Shown here: piece by piece, positions 22,376 through 32,141 of the stretch | Layout: every line of letters starts with the position of its first letter | Numbering within the stretch: position 1 is the first letter of the stretch | Assembly (NCBI GenBank): GCA_964404735.1 | Contig: CAYOLA010000052.1 | Coordinates: 3,452 to 67,451 of the forward strand | Length of the DNA: 64,000 nucleotides | Direction: 5' to 3' | DNA from: an uncultured Bacteroidales bacterium | Lineage (GTDB): Bacteria; Bacteroidota; Bacteroidia; Bacteroidales; B18-G4 | Made by a program: the position numbers and the translations under genes | Notes under the pieces: model-generated | The model's input: only the letters and a program-made list of their open reading frames with translations | What the model was told of the DNA's origin: nothing | Database searches by the model: none

Positions 22376-23308
22376 ATGCGGCAATTGCGTGTTTACATAA
22401 TTTTGATCCTGAAAGGAATGGCCATGGGCGCGGCCAATGTGATACCGGGCGTGTCGGGCGGCACCATCGCCCTGATCACGGAGATCTTCGAACGCCTCAT
22501 CCACGCCATCAAATCATTCAACCTGAAAGCGGCAAAGCTGCTCTTTGGCGGAAAATTCAGGGCATTTGCACAACATACCGACCTGTACTTTCTGCTGGCC
22601 GTGGCTGCCGGGATACTGCTGGCCATTGTAAGCCTGGCCAGGCTCTTCGATTACCTCTTCAGGGAATACCCAATTTACATCTGGGCATATTTTTTCGGGC
22701 TGGTGCTGGCTTCCGTTTATTTTGTAGGAAAGCGCATCGAAAAGGTCAATGTGGCGGTGGCATTGACTTTTATCCTTGGCACCGGCATCGCCATAGCCAT
22801 CTCCTTTATGGATATGGGGCGCGAAAGCGATAACTTCTTCTATCTGGTCCTTTGCGGTGTGGCGGCCATGTGCAGCATGATCCTGCCGGGGCTTTCCGGA
22901 TCATTCATCCTTTTCATCATGGGCAATTACCGGCTGGTGGCCATCGAGGCTGTCAACAACAGGGATGCGGACATCCTGCTGCCCGTGGTGATCGGAGCGG
23001 TGGCCGGTCTCATTGCCTTTTCTCACATTCTCTCATGGGTGTTCAGAAAATTCAGGGATGAGACCATTTCCATCCTCACCGGCTTCATCCTGGGATCGGT
23101 GAGCATCCTCTGGCCATGGCAAAAGGCCGGATACCTCCTTGATGCATCCGGCGAGCCGGTCCTGCTCGAAGGCGAAAAGGTCATCACCCATTACAGCCGC
23201 TACCTGCCCGCTCAGTTCGACACTGCTTTCTGGCTGGCAGTTGCTTTCATCCTGATTGGCATCGTCAGCATCTGGGCCATTGAAACCGCTGCGAAGAAGA
23301 AAAGCTGA
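22376..23308 (+). CDS. DUF368 family membrane protein (undecaprenyl-phosphate translocase family)
   Basis: KGMAMGAANVIPGVSGGTIA and repeated MILPGLSGS motif. Confidence 0.92.
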   Translation: MRQLRVYIILILKGMAMGAANVIPGVSGGTIALITEIFERLIHAIKSFNLKAAKLLFGGKFRAFAQHTDLYFLLAVAAGILLAIVSLARLFDYLFREYPIYIWAYFFGLVLASVYFVGKRIEKVNVAVALTFILGTGIAIAISFMDMGRESDNFFYLVLCGVAAMCSMILPGLSGSFILFIMGNYRLVAIEAVNNRDADILLPVVIGAVAGLIAFSHILSWVFRKFRDETISILTGFILGSVSILWPWQKAGYLLDASGEPVLLEGEKVITHYSRYLPAQFDTAFWLAVAFILIGIVSIWAIETAAKKKS

Positions 23309-24048
23309 TGGATCTTTACGGACTAATCGGCAACCCGGTTTCCCATTCATTGTCGGAAAGGTATTTCACAGGCAAATTCATGCTGGAAGATATCGATGCC
23401 CGCTTCGAACGTTATTTGCTCAAAGACATTGATGAGCTGCCCGGCCTCATCCGCCGGCATCCCGATTTGCGTGGACTGAGCGTGACCAGCCCTTTCAAGA
23501 CCGCCGTCATTTCCTTATGCGACGAACTGGATGAAACCGCCGGCATGATCGGGGCCGTGAACACGCTGAAGATTTCCCGGCAGGGGACCAATATCCACAT
23601 CAAAGGCTATAACACCGATGTTGACGGCTTTGCCGCAGCCCTTCTCCCCCTGCTCGGGAAAGAAAAGCCTTCGGCTTTGGTATTGGGCAGCGGCGGTGCG
23701 GCACGTGCGGTGGCCTTTGCCCTGCATAAGCTGGGACTGGTTTGCCGGGTCGTTTCCCGTACAGCAGGCCGGGGAAAGATCACCTATGCAGACCTCAGCC
23801 CGGAGATCATCCGTTCGGACAGGCTCATCATCAATGCCACCCCGATGGGGATGGGCAGCCTTGCAGGCATGCTGCCGGGCATCCCCTATGAACATATCGG
23901 CCAACGCCACCTCCTCTTCGACCTTATCTATAACCCGCCCGAGACAGCTTTTTTGCGGGAAGGAAAACGAAGGGGCGCCCGTACCGAAAACGGTTTTTTA
24001 ATGCTGCAGGCACAGGCTGAAAAGGCGTGGGGGATATGGAAGGCCTGA
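23308..24048 (+). CDS. aroE: Shikimate dehydrogenase
   Basis: GLIGNPVSHSLS, GAVNT, GYNTD, GSGGAA, DLIYNP. Confidence 0.95.
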   Translation: MDLYGLIGNPVSHSLSERYFTGKFMLEDIDARFERYLLKDIDELPGLIRRHPDLRGLSVTSPFKTAVISLCDELDETAGMIGAVNTLKISRQGTNIHIKGYNTDVDGFAAALLPLLGKEKPSALVLGSGGAARAVAFALHKLGLVCRVVSRTAGRGKITYADLSPEIIRSDRLIINATPMGMGSLAGMLPGIPYEHIGQRHLLFDLIYNPPETAFLREGKRRGARTENGFLMLQAQAEKAWGIWKA

Positions 24049-24079
24049 GCCACATAAGGACATTATTGTTTTCGAAAAC

Positions 24080-24115
24080 AAAAAAAAGCCCCCGGCTAAA
24101 CGATCCGGAGGCTTT
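24080..24115 (-). terminator. Intrinsic terminator between aroE and the fibre gene
   Basis: GCCTCCGG/CCGGGGGC stem followed by T8 on the minus strand. Confidence 0.7.
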
Positions 24116-24133
24116 CCATATTTTTATCCCCAA

Positions 24134-26353
24134 CTATTTTTTCAGCACATTATCCGTTGCAGGCACTTCATGATCGATCATGGATTTTTGTTTCTTATCA
24201 AGAGATCGCATGGAGGGATCAATACGCGGCATTCTTTCTTCAGCATTCAAACCGGAATTGGCACCCGTGGTGGTCCTGCCTGTCAACGGTCCTGCCGCAT
24301 TGCCAATGACAAGCCGGCCATCCTGATAATACAGGCCTTCCCCGTCTGTTGCGATATCGCTGTCGTTATGCAGGCCACGGTTCACCCTGCTGGTATAATC
24401 GCCGGCGGTTACGTCGGCCGGAAGTGACATATTTTCATATCCCTGACGTTTCCCGATGGCGATCCAACTGAACTGCACATTGCTTTTCCCGTTGTTGTTT
24501 TCGGCCACGACAAAGCCTTTATCATCGACGCGGTCGAGGTAAACGCCCTTGCTTTCGCCGATGGGGGTTATCGTAACGATAATGGGCTCGGCGGATGAAA
24601 CCATGGAAGCAAAGACCGCATCGAATGCGATGTTCGACTTACCGTTTTGCATTTGTCCAATGCCGTATGTCTTCACGGTCATTTCAGGCGACACCAGGGT
24701 ATACATCACATTGTTCTGTCCGTTCATGTCCGTTTGCAGGTGTACATCGGCCCCGGTCCGGTATACATCACCATTGGCATAGATGCCGTAGTCCACCCCT
24801 TCGGCATAAAGGCCATATACATTTCCATGGACATGGGCGCCAAAGAGGTCGCCGTAAACGCCGATACCGATACTTGAGGATTGACCGGCCTGTGATTTGC
24901 CGTTGCCCGTGGTGGTATTGGTAAAATAACCGCCATAACGCGTACCTGAAGAGTTTTCATAAGCAAGTGATCCCCATTGATTTGCATCATAAAAAGCTCC
25001 CAGCACACCGCCTGCCCGGTTGGCAGGATTGGTTTCTGTATAACCGGCCACGCCAAAAGAGTATGCAACTCCTTCAACATTATAACCCATTACCCCGCCG
25101 ATTGTATTGTTGTATGTATAATCCGTACCAGCCTGTGATGCGTTTTCAACCCCGATGCCTTTTACTGCATAATCACCAGGAGTGAGGCTTTGCGATGATC
25201 CGCCAAGCCGGCCATACACACCTGAAGTAGAAGATCCGAGAGCTCCCCAGAATTCTTCAGCGCCGTACTCGCCATATACACCATAATTGGAAGTGCCGAT
25301 TCCGCCAAAGTTCGGGTTGGTTGTGTTTCCGTCATCACCATAAACCCCATAATCACCGGCACCGTCGATACCAAGGGCACCCCAATGGGTATTCAGTCCT
25401 GCCCTGCCATATGCACCGGCCAAACTGCCTCCAAGATGTCCCCTGTTTCCCGTGCCACCGTGCTCCCCATAAGCACCAAAACTATTCGTTCCGAGGTAAC
25501 CAAAATTTCCTTCAGTATTATTCTCACCGTATACGCCATCGCCCTCGCCCATATTCCAGCCACCAATTGCCAGTGTATTCTCACTGGCAGATGCATCAGA
25601 TACAGCCGCATTGATGGCCCGGGCACCATCATTGGCATTATTATTCTGTATCCAGAGTGCAGAAGCAGCAGCGGAAGAATACAGCAAATAGGCCTGAGAA
25701 CTACCAATATAGCTTTGCCTGACCCGTCCAAAACTACTGACACCCCAAATGTTGTCGCTTAAATTGGAGTTCAGCATGAAATACGGATCACCAATGGAAG
25801 CATCAGCCATACGATAGCGCAAACGGTATATGGCAGTCCCGTCATAGCCAAAGCGCAATGTCGGTTCATAGCCTGTTTCCGCGTCGATAAAAAGCTTACC
25901 GGGCCTTCCGCTAATGTAAACGCTGTCGTTGATCAGGTGCGATGCCCCGTCAACATGAAGTCTTGCATCAGGATGCAAAGTGCCGATGCCCACATCACCC
26001 GAATCGAAATAGATGCCCACACTATTCTGGCTCCAGTAACCCTGCGGGGTGGTGTTGTCGGTCACCTTGTTCCATTGCGGAGCGGCCGGCGTTCCGAAAT
26101 TATAATACAATCCGGTTGTACCATCGGTCTGGTATACAACAAGACCGGTTGGCGGATTGCTGATGACATTTTTCTGTGCCTCTGTCATGCGCGGAAATAG
26201 CATTCCCCTGTCGGACGACTGCAGGTCGAGGATGGCTGCCGGATCAGCCGTAGCCGATGGGTTGTCTGAAATTACTACCTGTGAGAATGTGCCGGGAGCG
26301 AAAGAAAGGAATGTTAACACCAGCACTGCCGGAAACTATGTAATTCGTTTCAT
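24134..26353 (-). pseudogene. Fibre-like Gly-rich surface protein with an in-frame TAG at codon 6 of its signal peptide
   Basis: ATG AAA CGA ATT ACA TAG TTT CCG GCA GTG... = MKRIT*FPAVLVLTFLSFAPGTFSQ. A 730-aa open frame follows from GTG 26326 with PRMT domain, VGIGT motif and GVYG repeats. Confidence 0.65.
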
Positions 26354-26598
26354 AATTCGTGATTTGGTCAAAAGATTATGCGTTTGGGTCGCCGCAAAAA
26401 TAATAAATTTTTGGAAATAAAAATATATAAGTATTTATACGTGAGTTTTTGTGAGGTTTCCGGGAGGGAGAAAAACAATGCCGGCGACGCTGAAATACCA
26501 ATAAAACAAGCAAAAGCCGTCATATTCCAGGTCGCGAAAAAAAAACGGGTATGAACAAGATTTTGATGTGCGAATAATGCGTTATTTTGCTTTTTTTT

Positions 26599-26727
26599 AT
26601 GGATACCAGGAAACTGCTCAGCATTTTGGGCCCCGGCCTCCTCTATGCCGGGGCGGCCATCGGGGTGTCGCACCTGGTGCAGTCGACCCGTGCCGGCGCC
26701 GGCTTTGGCCTGGAATGGCATTCTTAA
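26599..26727 (+). pseudogene. N-terminal stub of an NRAMP/MntH-family metal transporter
   Basis: MDTRKLLSILGPGLLYAGAAIGVSHLVQSTRAGAGFGLEWHS*; family TM1 motif, truncated at 42 aa; not in the ORF track. Confidence 0.8.
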
Positions 26728-26849
26728 ATCCCATCCGCTGTCATCCCTGTCAACAGCCACCGGGAAAGAAACCCCGCTGCTCATATTCTACTTGCAATTC
26801 TCACCATAATTACTTATTTTAGCACCTCAAACCAATTCACAAACACGCC

Positions 26850-28178
26850 ATGTTGAAAAAATCAATTCTAATTTCATTGTTTACATTGGTTTCGCTTGGA
26901 TTATCTTCCCAGCGTGCCATCCTGGAACTTACCTTCACCGCGATGGATGAGGCAGCCCACGTACAACTCGACAGCATCAGGGTAATGAACCTCACCCAGG
27001 AAAGCGACACGGTACTTTACTGGCCCGACACCGTGCTTTCAATTTACTATGTGGGCATTACAGGACTTTCCGCAGAGGACAATACCTTCCGGGTTTTTCA
27101 GAACTACCCCAATCCTGTAATAAACCTGACCACCATCACCCTGAATATACCGGAAAAGGACCGGGTACATATTACCCTTACAGATATGCTGGGGCGGATA
27201 ATCAACCGTTCAGAGCGCCTGCTTGATAAAGGAATACATGCTTACCGGTTCTTAGCGGGAGGCAGTAATTATTATTTCTTTTCAGCTCAATGGCGGGGTC
27301 AAAGCAGCAGCATCAGCATCCTGAACATATCTTCCGGCAATCAACGGCATGGTTCGCTATGGTACATTGGAAAAGGCCAGACAGTACCTGTGATAAAAGT
27401 TGCCGGCAATGGACAGTATTTCTCCTTCAGTCCCGGCGACGAACTTCTCTATATCGGATATGCCGGTGGAGCCGAATCGGGTATGCCTGATTCCCCTGAG
27501 GAGAACACAACCAGCACTTTCCGGTTCGCCACCAACATCTCCTGCCCGGGAACGCCAACGGTGGAATACGAAGGACAGGTGTACAATACCGTGCAGATCT
27601 TCAGCCAGTGCTGGCTGAAAGAAAATATGAATGCAGGCATAATGATCGACGGATCTGTCGAACAAACCGATAATGGAATAATTGAGAAATACTGCTACGA
27701 AAACAATCCTGATAATTGCGATCAGTACGGCGGCCTCTATCAGTGGGAAGAAGTAATGCAATACACCAGCCAGCCAGGCGTACAGGGCATCTGCCCACCG
27801 GGCTGGCACCTGCCCTCGGATACGGAATGGAAGATACTGGAAGGGGCGATCGACAGCGAATATGGTATCGGGCACCCGGAGTGGGATCAATTGGATTTCC
27901 GCGGAAATGATGCAGGCACCAACCTGAAAACCGTCACTGGCTGGCAGCCGGGAGTCACCGGCACCGACCTTTACGGGTTCTCGGCACTGCCGGGCGGCTA
28001 CCGCATCGCTGCCGGCAGCTTTGGCAATCTGGGCTACATGGGCGTCTTTTGGACATCGACGGTTGATTTCAACGAATTCTCGTGGAGCCACAACCCGTCA
28101 TACATGGATACACGAATGTACCGCTACTATAGCGAACAGGAAAACGGCTTCAGTGTCCGCTGTCTGCGGAATGAATAA
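26850..28178 (+). CDS. Secreted FISUMP (Fib_succ_major) domain protein with an internal T9SS-tail-like domain
   Basis: Signal peptide; QNYPNP...LTDMLGR; YNTVQIFSQCWLKENM, YGGLYQW, GICPPGWHLPSDTEW, GFSALPGG, GFSVRCLR. Confidence 0.88.
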   Translation: MLKKSILISLFTLVSLGLSSQRAILELTFTAMDEAAHVQLDSIRVMNLTQESDTVLYWPDTVLSIYYVGITGLSAEDNTFRVFQNYPNPVINLTTITLNIPEKDRVHITLTDMLGRIINRSERLLDKGIHAYRFLAGGSNYYFFSAQWRGQSSSISILNISSGNQRHGSLWYIGKGQTVPVIKVAGNGQYFSFSPGDELLYIGYAGGAESGMPDSPEENTTSTFRFATNISCPGTPTVEYEGQVYNTVQIFSQCWLKENMNAGIMIDGSVEQTDNGIIEKYCYENNPDNCDQYGGLYQWEEVMQYTSQPGVQGICPPGWHLPSDTEWKILEGAIDSEYGIGHPEWDQLDFRGNDAGTNLKTVTGWQPGVTGTDLYGFSALPGGYRIAAGSFGNLGYMGVFWTSTVDFNEFSWSHNPSYMDTRMYRYYSEQENGFSVRCLRNE

Positions 28179-28284
28179 GCACACCGGCGCAAACCCCTGG
28201 CTTTAGCGGGGTAATCATGGTAATCTGTGGCCTCATAAGCCGGCACGGTGCAGACAGGGATCAGGATTTCAGTCATATAAAACC

Positions 28285-28842
28285 TTACTTGTCGGAAACC
28301 GGCCTGGTTTTATCCTTTCTGTTAACAAAATAATTGACCCCTATATTAAAAAACTGAGCTTTTTCCTTAGTCTTTCGAATACTAGAACGGTAATATTCCC
28401 GGCCAGGAATAAACAGAAATCCAAAATTGCCATAGATAGAAATTATTTTGTTAACGCGATATTCAATTCCTATCCTGCATGTCCCCCCGATATCAATCGT
28501 TTTATTGGGATATTTTTTTTCTAATCTGATGATTGGCAGAATTCCTCCTGATGCCAGGAACTTAATTTTATTTCCTGGTTTAAGATTAATGGATAGCGGT
28601 ATCATAAACACTTTTGAATGAACAATATACTGAACTTCCGTTGAAATGGAAAGCATGGCTCTTTTGGGCACATATTCATAGTTTAATCCCATAAAAAAAA
28701 ATGAATTTTTTACCTGATTATCTCCTAAAAAAAAGTTTGAATTTATTAATCCGGCTTTAAGTCCTGTTAAATGATCCTGTGAATACACATTAACAGTATA
28801 AAACATCACAATACTTAAAAAAAGAATTGATCTCCTGATCAT
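28285..28842 (-). CDS. Small outer-membrane beta-barrel protein, AT-rich gene
   Basis: Signal peptide, GLKAGL, amphipathic strands, FNIGVNYF near the C-terminus. Confidence 0.7.
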   Translation of the reverse strand: MIRRSILFLSIVMFYTVNVYSQDHLTGLKAGLINSNFFLGDNQVKNSFFFMGLNYEYVPKRAMLSISTEVQYIVHSKVFMIPLSINLKPGNKIKFLASGGILPIIRLEKKYPNKTIDIGGTCRIGIEYRVNKIISIYGNFGFLFIPGREYYRSSIRKTKEKAQFFNIGVNYFVNRKDKTRPVSDK

Positions 28843-28946
28843 TTTTCACTTATTGAAAGGCCTGCGCCTTTGTGTTAATCAGCCATAAGGAATTATCGTC
28901 TTATTTTCCGTTTTACCAAAAATAATAAATCGCAATTACATCGCAA

Positions 28947-30233
28947 CTATCTCGCATACTCAATGATCTCTTTACGGCTGCTGCTGCAGATAAGCACACG
29001 GTTCGAGGAATCGAGTAAGAGGAAGCAGGGCAGCCCGGGCGGGCTGCCGGGAAAGATTTGCTGCCGCGATTCATCCGTGGCAAAGAACAGAAAGCCCTGG
29101 CACAGGCTGCGCATCCCCAAATGCCTCAAGGAAAGCGGTTCGGCCGGAACCACAACAAGCGGCAAAAACAAACCCTCTGTCGTAATATCCCTGACCAGGG
29201 ATACAGTTTCTGCCAGGGATACCATATCATCCTCAGAGACCAGCGAAAGCACCTTGTCAACATCCCAGTCGTCCATGTTTTCGGTACGAAGCCCTTCATA
29301 ATCAGTAAGGATCAGCCCGCCTATCGTATCACAAATTTCAAAGGGCACCGGCACGCATCCGTCCGAAATGACAATACCGGCAAAACTGCCGGCAATGGCC
29401 GAGGCCTGCGTTACCATGCTGCGCCCGTAAAATGCCCCAACAAAAAAATCAACCACTGCGGCCGGCTCCACCCATCCCGCGAGCGCCCCGGTCCAGTCAG
29501 CCACATCATTTATCCTCGTCTGATTAACCACATCCTTTCCGGATAAAACATACTCATTCATCATCATATATTGCCTGCCCGTTTCCTGTATCAGGTCGCT
29601 ATACCGGAGCTGCGGGAAACCTTCCCTGATATACGTCAGAAATTCCCCTTTATGGCTTTGCAGTTCCTCATGCGTGCGAATGCTGTAGCTCGATTCGATA
29701 AGCATCCTGCCCCTGAGAAATAATGAAGCCAGCGGATAATCCGGCTCGGGCAGGCCTGCTTTCAGGCTGTCAAGCCTGCTGTTTACCAAACCCAGTTCCT
29801 CCCGGAAGTGGCTAAGGGAATCCTCATCGCCTTCCGCTCCGGCCAGCAAATACTGCAGATGGCCGGCCCTGGCGCTCAATTCACGAAAACTTGTCAGAAA
29901 TCCGTACAGAAAAAGGTTCTCACCGCCGTCGGGAAATACAGGCAAAGGACTGTCGTTCGGGAATATAATCTTCGTTTCCGTATCTTCCATGATCAAAGGA
30001 TATACGCTTCCGTTGCCATAGCGCATCAGGGCCAGTCCGCGATAAGGATTATTGATAATGGTATCCCGGCCACCGGAAAGATCCACCCTGGCAATGTCAA
30101 AGGTACTAAAAGCATCAAAACCCGTAAGGGTAAAGGCTGCATCAGCATCGGAGGCAATGTGCAGACGGCCCTGTGCATGCAAAGCGGTTGCCGGCAGCAA
30201 TAAACAAACAATAATCCAAAAAGTACATCGCAT
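28947..30233 (-). CDS. Exported hypothetical protein, possible degenerate redoxin-like C-terminal domain
   Basis: Signal peptide; C-terminal LPCFLLLDSSNRVL resembles the TlpA cis-Pro strand; no CxxC. Confidence 0.6.
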   Translation of the reverse strand: MRCTFWIIVCLLLPATALHAQGRLHIASDADAAFTLTGFDAFSTFDIARVDLSGGRDTIINNPYRGLALMRYGNGSVYPLIMEDTETKIIFPNDSPLPVFPDGGENLFLYGFLTSFRELSARAGHLQYLLAGAEGDEDSLSHFREELGLVNSRLDSLKAGLPEPDYPLASLFLRGRMLIESSYSIRTHEELQSHKGEFLTYIREGFPQLRYSDLIQETGRQYMMMNEYVLSGKDVVNQTRINDVADWTGALAGWVEPAAVVDFFVGAFYGRSMVTQASAIAGSFAGIVISDGCVPVPFEICDTIGGLILTDYEGLRTENMDDWDVDKVLSLVSEDDMVSLAETVSLVRDITTEGLFLPLVVVPAEPLSLRHLGMRSLCQGFLFFATDESRQQIFPGSPPGLPCFLLLDSSNRVLICSSSRKEIIEYAR

Positions 30234-30349
30234 ATGAGATCATTTTACAGCAGCCGAAAGTAATAAAAAATGCCGCATGAAGCAATACGGCTTATCAAAT
30301 GAAATTTGCAATCCCGCGCCCGCAACCATCAGGGAATGGTGCAGCATAA

Positions 30350-30381
30350 CAAAGGATGGCCCGAATCATCAGGCCATCCTT
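30350..30381 (-). terminator. Intrinsic terminator hairpin
   Basis: AAGGATGGCC/GGCCATCCTT stem followed by TGTT on the minus strand. Confidence 0.65.
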
Positions 30382-30625
30382 AAACCCTGTTCTTAAGCTT
30401 TACACTTAAAGTAAGACCATACAAAGTAAGTGCCTTATGCCACATTATGAACAAGATTACCGGAATTCTTATCAGATGGCGGAAATACAATGACAATTGG
30501 TCAATAATGCCATATAAATTACTGCCGGAAGAGCCGCATCATACACCCAACGGCATAGTGGCCGCCTGCTGCAGAGCCCTGAAATACCCATGAGGCGGGA
30601 ATGGTTCCCGCCGAAGGCAGGGCAA

Positions 30626-32128
30626 TTATTCCAGAGGCATGCCGTAAGTTGCTTCCCTTTGGGCTGCTTCTTCCTGCCAGACCGGCACGATGGTTTGCAG
30701 GAATATGGCTTTATCCGCTTTCAGCTTCTCTGCCGGGGCTCCGATAAATGCCTGGGCTTTCTGTTTAGTGCTGATGTCGGGATAAGGGACTGCATCCATT
30801 TCTCCGTATGATGCCAGCAGCCTTGCCAGGGCCACCCTTGCCTGTTGTGCATGGTCGATCGATTTGCCAAGGGTGCGTGCGGATTCGACCGGCGAGTGGA
30901 AGGATGCACCGTGGCTGGCGGCCACATAATCCCAGTACCACTGGGCTACCCTGATATCATAGAGGATGGCTTCCATTTCGGCCTGTCCTGCCCCCAGCTC
31001 CCAGGCCAGCCCGGCCTCCACATGAGCCCTGACGATCAGTTCTTCAGCTATCCCGCGGATCTCCGCAACTTTCCGCTGACGGTCATATACATTGTTCCGC
31101 AGGGTTTCCTCACTCTCGCGGTGGCAAACCTGGCAGGAAGAGGTGATATATTTCAGCGGACTGGTCATGTGGTGATTGGTAAATTTCTGCCCGCCCTCGC
31201 TGTGATACGGCATATGGCAATCGGCACAGGCCACTCCCCTTTCAAAATGGATACCGGTGGTGAACACCTCATAATCGGGATGCTGGGCCTTAAGCATGGG
31301 GGCCTTGCTGATGGCATGCGTCCAGTCGGAAAAGTTCATCCTGTCGTAGTATGCAAGCATGGCTTCAGGACCGGTACCGTCTTTCCACGGGAAAGTGAGA
31401 TAATTGACCCCTTCAACCGGAATTTTCTTGTTAAAGTAATATTCAACATGGCATTGAGCGCACACCAGTGAACGCATTTCCTGGTGGGTGGATCTGGTGA
31501 TATCCCTGCCGGTGCTTTCCCAGGCTTCGATCAGTGCCGGCCGCGTGATGCGCAGGTCCATGGTATTCGGATCATGACAATCGGCGCAGCCGATGGGATT
31601 GACGATCCCGGGGCCGCGCGAAGCCCATGCCCCGCTGTAGAAGGCAGCCACGCCCACCTCGTTCATTACCCTGGGCACATCCGGGCTCTTGCAGGTCCAA
31701 CAGGTATTCGGCATAGGGCCTTCGTCAGGCCCCATGGGAGCGCCGGTGCGCAGGGTATGATACATGTCTTCGATGGCATAATAATGCCCCCGGCCCTGAT
31801 TGTAATCGAGGGAAAAGGAATAGCCCGCCCAGAGCACCACCAGCTGCGGGTATTCCGCAAGCATGTCGACCATTGTATTGCCGTTATAGAGCGTGCGGAA
31901 AGAAGTATCGGAAGTGCGGGTGTATGACTCATATTCCCGCGGAAAATTCTTCCCCCATTCGGCATTACGCGGCTCATAGTCGGCCAGCATCACCACCGGT
32001 TTGTTGACAAATACGGCCTCTGCCCTTCGCTCCACGATAGAAGAAGCCAGCAATCCAAGTAAAAACACAATGACAAGGGTTGTGAAGAACAGCAACCAGT
32101 TCACCCAGGGTTTTCTTTTCGCTTTCAT
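30626..32128 (-). CDS. nrfA: Ammonia-forming cytochrome c nitrite reductase, catalytic subunit
   Basis: CWTCK active-site haem plus four CxxCH motifs (CADCH, CAQCH, CADCH, CQVCH); KAQHP; ASHGASFH. Confidence 0.98.
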   Translation of the reverse strand: MKAKRKPWVNWLLFFTTLVIVFLLGLLASSIVERRAEAVFVNKPVVMLADYEPRNAEWGKNFPREYESYTRTSDTSFRTLYNGNTMVDMLAEYPQLVVLWAGYSFSLDYNQGRGHYYAIEDMYHTLRTGAPMGPDEGPMPNTCWTCKSPDVPRVMNEVGVAAFYSGAWASRGPGIVNPIGCADCHDPNTMDLRITRPALIEAWESTGRDITRSTHQEMRSLVCAQCHVEYYFNKKIPVEGVNYLTFPWKDGTGPEAMLAYYDRMNFSDWTHAISKAPMLKAQHPDYEVFTTGIHFERGVACADCHMPYHSEGGQKFTNHHMTSPLKYITSSCQVCHRESEETLRNNVYDRQRKVAEIRGIAEELIVRAHVEAGLAWELGAGQAEMEAILYDIRVAQWYWDYVAASHGASFHSPVESARTLGKSIDHAQQARVALARLLASYGEMDAVPYPDISTKQKAQAFIGAPAEKLKADKAIFLQTIVPVWQEEAAQREATYGMPLE

Positions 32129-32141
32129 AATACAGCTTTTA

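Noticed and set aside
26336-26338. Pyrrolysine or genome-wide amber reassignment
   Set aside because: TAG terminates normal-length genes in the window, no pyl genes are seen, and the site lies in a cleaved signal peptide.
26368-26822. 138-aa minus-strand and 84-aa plus-strand ORFs in the track
   Set aside because: Neither has motifs; the real signal is the NRAMP stub in another frame.
24134-30233. Prophage or complete DGR
   Set aside because: No integrase, capsid, terminase, reverse transcriptase, Avd or template repeat is visible.
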